From the NCBI GenBank assembly GCA_036630325.1, contig CP142727.1, positions 806,001-870,000 of the forward strand: a stretch of DNA of 64,000 nt, written 5' to 3'. The notes below the pieces were generated by a model. That model made no database searches, was not told the origin of the DNA, and was given only the letters and a program-made list of their open reading frames with translations. Made by a program: the position numbers and the translations under genes. How positions within the stretch are numbered: position 1 is the first letter of the stretch; each line of letters opens with the position of its first letter. This document shows, piece after piece, positions 58,751 to 64,000 of the stretch. Source of the DNA: Vairimorpha necatrix (taxonomy: Eukaryota).

Positions 58751-61700
58751 AGTATCTTTGTTAAAGTCCTGTTATTATAGGAAATTATTTTCCTATAACA
58801 AGAGTGATATTTTCAAATCTCTAAATAAAAAAACGCATAATCCAATTGGATTTACTCAGATTAAAAATACTTTCCAAACGACAACGAGATTGAATAGTCT
58901 CAAGTATTTTTTCATTAGAAAGAATATGTGGTGTAAGAAAGTACAAGAACAATATTGTATTGTCAAGATACAAAGAATTCCTTATGGAGTGAAAGATCTC
59001 CTCAAAGACTTATGTAAGAAGAACTCTCCTTTGGAGAATTCCATTATTACAGCAAGAAAATATAGACGAAGGGACACGTCATTCACGAAAATAATAGTTG
59101 AAAAACTATACGCAAATTTATTGATTAAGACACTTAAAGCTTAAGGCTTTAAAGTTTTAAATGATAATAGAAAAGAACTAGAGAAATCTAGTAAAGCAAA
59201 TAAAAAGACCAAAGAGAACATAAAACTCTTAAGTCTAAACATTAATCATCTCTCTAATAAGAGAGAAGAACTTGAGTTTCTTCTTAAGAAGGAAAAACCA
59301 GAAATTATGTGTTTACAAGAAACTTGGAGACAATCTACAAGACCTTTGAAACTTGAAAAATACACTACAGTTGAAACACCTAGTGGTGGGAAAAATAAAC
59401 CAAAATTAATAACTCTGGTTAGAAATAATGGAGCGATTAGATGTTCCAAAAAGGCACCGACTCAAATATTCTGCAAACTGTAGTTGAGTTTAGGTCAGCA
59501 GGCAAATGGATTAAGTATTTAGTCTTAAATGTCTACATACCACAAGACAAGGATCTCAAGAGAGAAGTCTTGGCCAGATTATTTTCTCTTTTAGAAAAAG
59601 AGAATTTCAGAAATAACTATAGTGAGATCATAGTGATGGGAGATATGAATATGCAGAGTTCTAGTCTCAAGAAAAAATTAAATGTAGTTGGTTTGCCAGT
59701 TACAATAAAATATAACAGCAAAGATGGTACAAGGATTCTCAAAGATGGTAAAAGATCTAAGAGGAAAATTGATACCATCTTTCGACTAAAAATTAATGAT
59801 AATGAGAAGATCGTCATTCTAAAGTCTTGGGTATTAAGTGACCACTTAGTGCTCAAAAGAAATATTAAACTTGCCGTTGATAAGATCTCAGATCAACTAG
59901 TTTATGATAAGAAGATGCTGGAAAATGCAAAAGTGATTAAAAAGCTAAAAAGGAAGTTGAGTAATCAACAATTAAACATGAATAATCTTCCTGAGATTAT
60001 TCAAAAAGTTTGCACATCTTTGAAGATTTACAAAAAGAGAAGAGTCCATACTCGACTTACAATGAGATGGAGATATTTAAAAGTCTTCAAAGAAAAACGT
60101 CTATCAGCAAGAACTGTTATGAAAAATTACAATGAAATCAACTCAATTAGATTCGAATATCTCAAAAAGAGAGTTGACGAAATAAAAAGTTGATTCGCAA
60201 AGATAGATCGAAACTTTGGGCTTTACGAGGAATAAAGCTCTTTAAAAGCAATAGATCCCGAGAATTCTGGCAATGGCTGAAAAATAGAAGTGTTTCCATT
60301 CGTTTGAATCAAGTGGCTCTAATCGACCACAATAAGCTTCTTCAGACTTGCCGAGCAAAGAAGCTAGTATAGCGAATAAATTTTACGCCGAATTAGCGTC
60401 AGAGAATGATTTAGATGTCAATGTCTATGATAAAGAAGATTTTGTTGATCTTCCCTCAGAGATAACAGATGAAGAATTTCTATCCGCACTATAGATTTGC
60501 GTAAATAACAAAGCTTCCGGTCCTGATGAGATTCCAACCGAGCTATACAAACACTTACTGACTAGAGCAGTAATAGATAAATTCTTTAAATTCATGCTAA
60601 ATGAATTTAATAAATATATTTGTGGAAATAGTCCTCCTGAATACTGGAGCATGGCAAACATGATTTGCCTTCACAAAAAAGGAGATGAGACAGATCTGAA
60701 TAATTATAGGGAGATCTCCTTAATTAACACAATTAGTAAGATCTATCTCAAGATAATAAATGACAGATTAACTCAATTTGTCGAAGAACAAGATATACTC
60801 TCTAGATACCAAGCAGGATTCCGAGCAGGTGAAGAGTGTATGAATCAGATTACATCTCTATTAGAAATAGTGAGAAGAAGAGAATTCAGAGGCTTGAACA
60901 CAATAATGTGTTTCATTGACTTTGAAAAAGCTTATGATATTGTAAGTCATGACTTATTATTTGAAAAGCTTACAAAACTTAATATCCCATTGTATTTAAT
61001 TTATACAATAAAGGATATTTATAAGTATATCACCATGCGTGTGAAAATTGGTGGTGACACGTCAAGTGGCTATAGCTACAGAAAAGGAGTGAGACAAGGG
61101 TGCCCTTGTTTTACAATGCTGTTCAATTTATTCATCAATGATATTTTTGACGGCATAGATGGAGTTTTGATCCCAAGATCAATAAGAGAGTTCCGGGACT
61201 GATGTTCGCAGATGATATTGTTGTCTTCGGAAACAACATTGATGATCTTTGTAATAAGATCAATAGGATTTCTAATTGGGCGGTTAATAACAGAATGAGG
61301 ATTAACTGCATAAAAAGCGGAGTATTAGAATGGACTGCTCATTCTAACATACAAGAATTCCGAAGTTTGTATTGTCTCAATACAGACTTTGGTGTGATTG
61401 AAGAAGTCACTGAATACAGATATCTAGGTGTCTTAATTAAAAGATTAACGCTAGAAGAACACTTGGTCAAAGACGCAGCAATGCGTGGTATGAAAGCCTT
61501 AGACGCCTTGATGCCTAAGTTGATGAATAATAGCATCAACCTATACTTCAAGGCGATCTTAATAAAATGTGTACTAGTACCCACATTAATGTATGGCAGT
61601 GAATTGTGGGGAACGTCAAGTACAAGAGCAGGTAAGATTAACAGGATCTTAAGAAAATCTATCAGAATGATATTCAAAAGAGTGTTAGTCCTACTAGATA

Positions 61701-62429
61701 GAGTAATGGACGAGTTCAGTATTGAACGAATCCATATACAAGCAGCTCTAAGTAGATTTAGAGCATACAACAAGTGGGAACCCAATAAGACAATCATATC
61801 GGATATAATCTCAATCAATCCGAAAGAAAGAAAAACTACCTGGTGTTCAAGAACACAAAGATGGTTAAAACGATTTGTCGGCAACGATTATGAATCAAAT
61901 GATAGTGGATTTTCAATACAAAAATAATTGATGTACTAAGAAGTCGAAGAACTCTAAATACTTCTTTAGCTGCATCAATAGCAAACCAATATGACATAAG
62001 AAATTCACAAATAAAATATGTCATGGATAAAATAAATAATAGAAAAATTAGAACATATACTAGATTGAGGTGTAATCTAGTAAGGTGGTCCTCAGCAATA
62101 GCAAATTCAAAAAGAATACCAATGAGTTATAAAAGCAAATGCTTTCTGTGTGATGGACCACAAGAAAATTTAGAACATTTTCTGTTAGAGTGCGTCTGTT
62201 TAACTGACATTAGAACATCTTTTGAAAATAAACTGCCTCTACTGACTTGTTCAAAAACAAATAACCAAGAAAAAACCAAACAACTCCTTGGTAATAAAAT
62301 CGGACTAAAAATAACCCAGATAAGATAAAAGAACTTTGTTGCACTATAGAGTTCTTAGATAAAATGGTTGTCTCTAGAAGAATTATATTTGAAAAGAAAC
62401 TTAAAGAGATAACAAAACAGGATAATTAA
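58743..62429 (+). pseudogene. LINE copy B ORF2, multiple frameshifts and stops
   Basis: Six ORF fragments tile the 53992-57684 protein. Confidence 0.92.
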
Positions 62430-62799
62430 TATGAATAATTAGAAACAATAAAATCTAGAAATAGAAGAAAGAGATGTTATTTTACTAACAAGAAAACTTT
62501 TATAATGAGTATATTTGACCCGGGAGAGGCCGGGCATGATACTGATGCTGTATTGTTCCGCTGAACTGAGTCGTTTTCTTAAATGGTGTATTATGCCAGG
62601 CGCTTTCGTTTTTCATCAGACTCATGAAATTGGGTCTCTAGTCAATTATGACTAAGGATGTATCCTATGGGAACAAACTTTTCTCCTACAAGCGAGGCCG
62701 TTAAGGTATGCTGGTGTGTAAACGCAATTATTGATGATTTATCTTTATTGGTGAGATTTTGGTGGCTTTTCTTCGTTTTGTTGATATTGTATTTTTTTC

Positions 62800-63373
62800 T
62801 GTGGTATAATGGACCATACCACATGATTTCTAAAAACCAATAAATACTAAAACGCTGATGCTTCTTCGGAACGAACAGCTATGGTCGACTATTATTGGTC
62901 AGCCAAATCTTATTTCTTTCTATTGGTTACTATGTAATATAAATAGAGAAATTCCATGAACAACATGGTACAACATCAGAACGCAAACCAACACTCTTCC
63001 TTCTACAAATCAGATAAACAAAACTCTTTTCATAACAATAAACAATCCTTTCCCTTTAACTCCTTTAACTCCGGTCTTCTTGGCACCTCAACCCGTAGCA
63101 TCATTGAATGCTTCCTTGCCACAGGCAAGCTTCCCGGTAAACACGCCAATTTGAGCTCAAATGGCATTAAAGGTAAAAAACCAGTTACAGCTGATAAAAA
63201 ACATCATTCCGCGGAATTTTAAATAATAGTTGAAGGAACAGACGTACCCATCATCGAACATATACTCAAAATATTTAATATTAAAACCGACCCAACAACT
63301 GCGGGTCTCAAAGAGTTCGAAACTCCTTCTGAGTATAATAAGTGGAATGACACATAAGCCGGTCAAATCTACC
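62800..63373 (+). mobile_element. 5' LTR (62800-63148) and start of gag of a Gypsy element
   Basis: TGTGGTAT...CGCCA as in the solo LTRs; ORF 62956-63222 crosses the LTR end and resembles the 11617 gag. Confidence 0.78.
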
Positions 63374-64000
63374 TGTGGTATCCACCACTTAGGAAAGTAT
63401 GTAAAATATTTTTATTATTAATATTAGATCTTCTTTCCATTACTCCGTACCCCTCTCCGGATAAAATTATTTAATAAATGTTGGAGGGAAAACTGGAAGA
63501 ATTTGGCGGGAAATATTTATAAATTATTTTTATGATATTTGGGATATCATAATCTGCCTCTCCTTAGATTTTATTGTTTAGTATCCGCAATGTGAACCCA
63601 TTCATATATTCCCTTGACTTTGATCCATCTGTTATTTTTGCTAACTAATTCTACTACGTATGGCCCTTTAAATGCCTTTTCCCATTTCTTGCCTTGAAAG
63701 TTTTTCACGTATACTTTATCTCCGATTTTCAGTTCGATGATACTTTTCTTAGCTGTATACGGTTTCTTACTGCTTGATATTTTCTTCAGCTGGATTCTGT
63801 CTTCAGGATCATATTGATTGGTACCTGATACCAATTCTTCAGGTGCACATCCTATTGATCTTCTATAGTTCTTATTAAGCCTAATCTCTATATTTTCTAT
63901 TATGTTTTCCAAAGATTTTTTCTTATATAATCTGATTATTTCAGAGATAGTGCTATTTGTTCTCTCACAGATACCATTGCTCTGTGGATGGTATTTCGGA
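63374..64000 (-). mobile_element. 3' end of a Gypsy element (integrase C-terminus, PPT, putative LTR 63374-63551); runs off the window
   Basis: PKYHPQSNGICER, IGDKVYVK...KGPYVV; PPT aaggagaggcaga. Confidence 0.8.

Larger units (their letters stand above)
51137..62799 (+). mobile_element. APE-RT LINE copy B (older; interrupted by copy A, 3' tail cut by an LTR)
   Basis: ORF1 halves 51278-52323 and 58102-58750 rejoin in frame; frameshifted ORF2; 3' UTR block from 62517. Confidence 0.88.

Noticed and set aside
51232-61884. Numerous minus-strand ORFs opposite the LINE (and similar antisense ORFs opposite pol genes)
   Set aside because: Shadow frames of the sense coding sequence with no motifs.

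Overview
AT-rich eukaryotic DNA from a microsporidian. The SSU rRNA is Nosema/Vairimorpha-type and, from memory, closely resembles V. necatrix (not database-checked). The window is almost entirely nested transposable elements around one rDNA unit (SSU 46365-47610, ~37 bp ITS, LSU with fused 5.8S-like 5' part 47648-~50125). Elements delimited by TSDs: five Merlin/IS1595-type DNA transposons (two near-identical and intact), one Tc1/IS630 remnant, two Ginger-like (TGT...ACA) elements, four two-LTR Gypsy elements and two solo LTRs. There are also further truncated Gypsy fragments, a head-to-tail array of non-autonomous Helitrons, a degenerate RLE-type LINE, five copies of a tRNA-headed SINE and a duplicated homeobox-like gene. 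The most striking observation lies immediately 3' of the LSU, in the same orientation as rRNA transcription. Two ~0.5 kb non-coding elements begin exactly with an HDV-like ribozyme fold and end in the structured 3' UTR of an APE-RT LINE. That LINE is present right behind them as a coding-intact copy nested (16-bp TSD) inside an older copy of itself. A second unusual feature is a Gypsy lineage whose gag starts inside the LTR and which has a perfect palindrome instead of a tRNA primer-binding site. Coordinates were counted by eye and may be off by a few bases; family names come from motif recognition, not searches.
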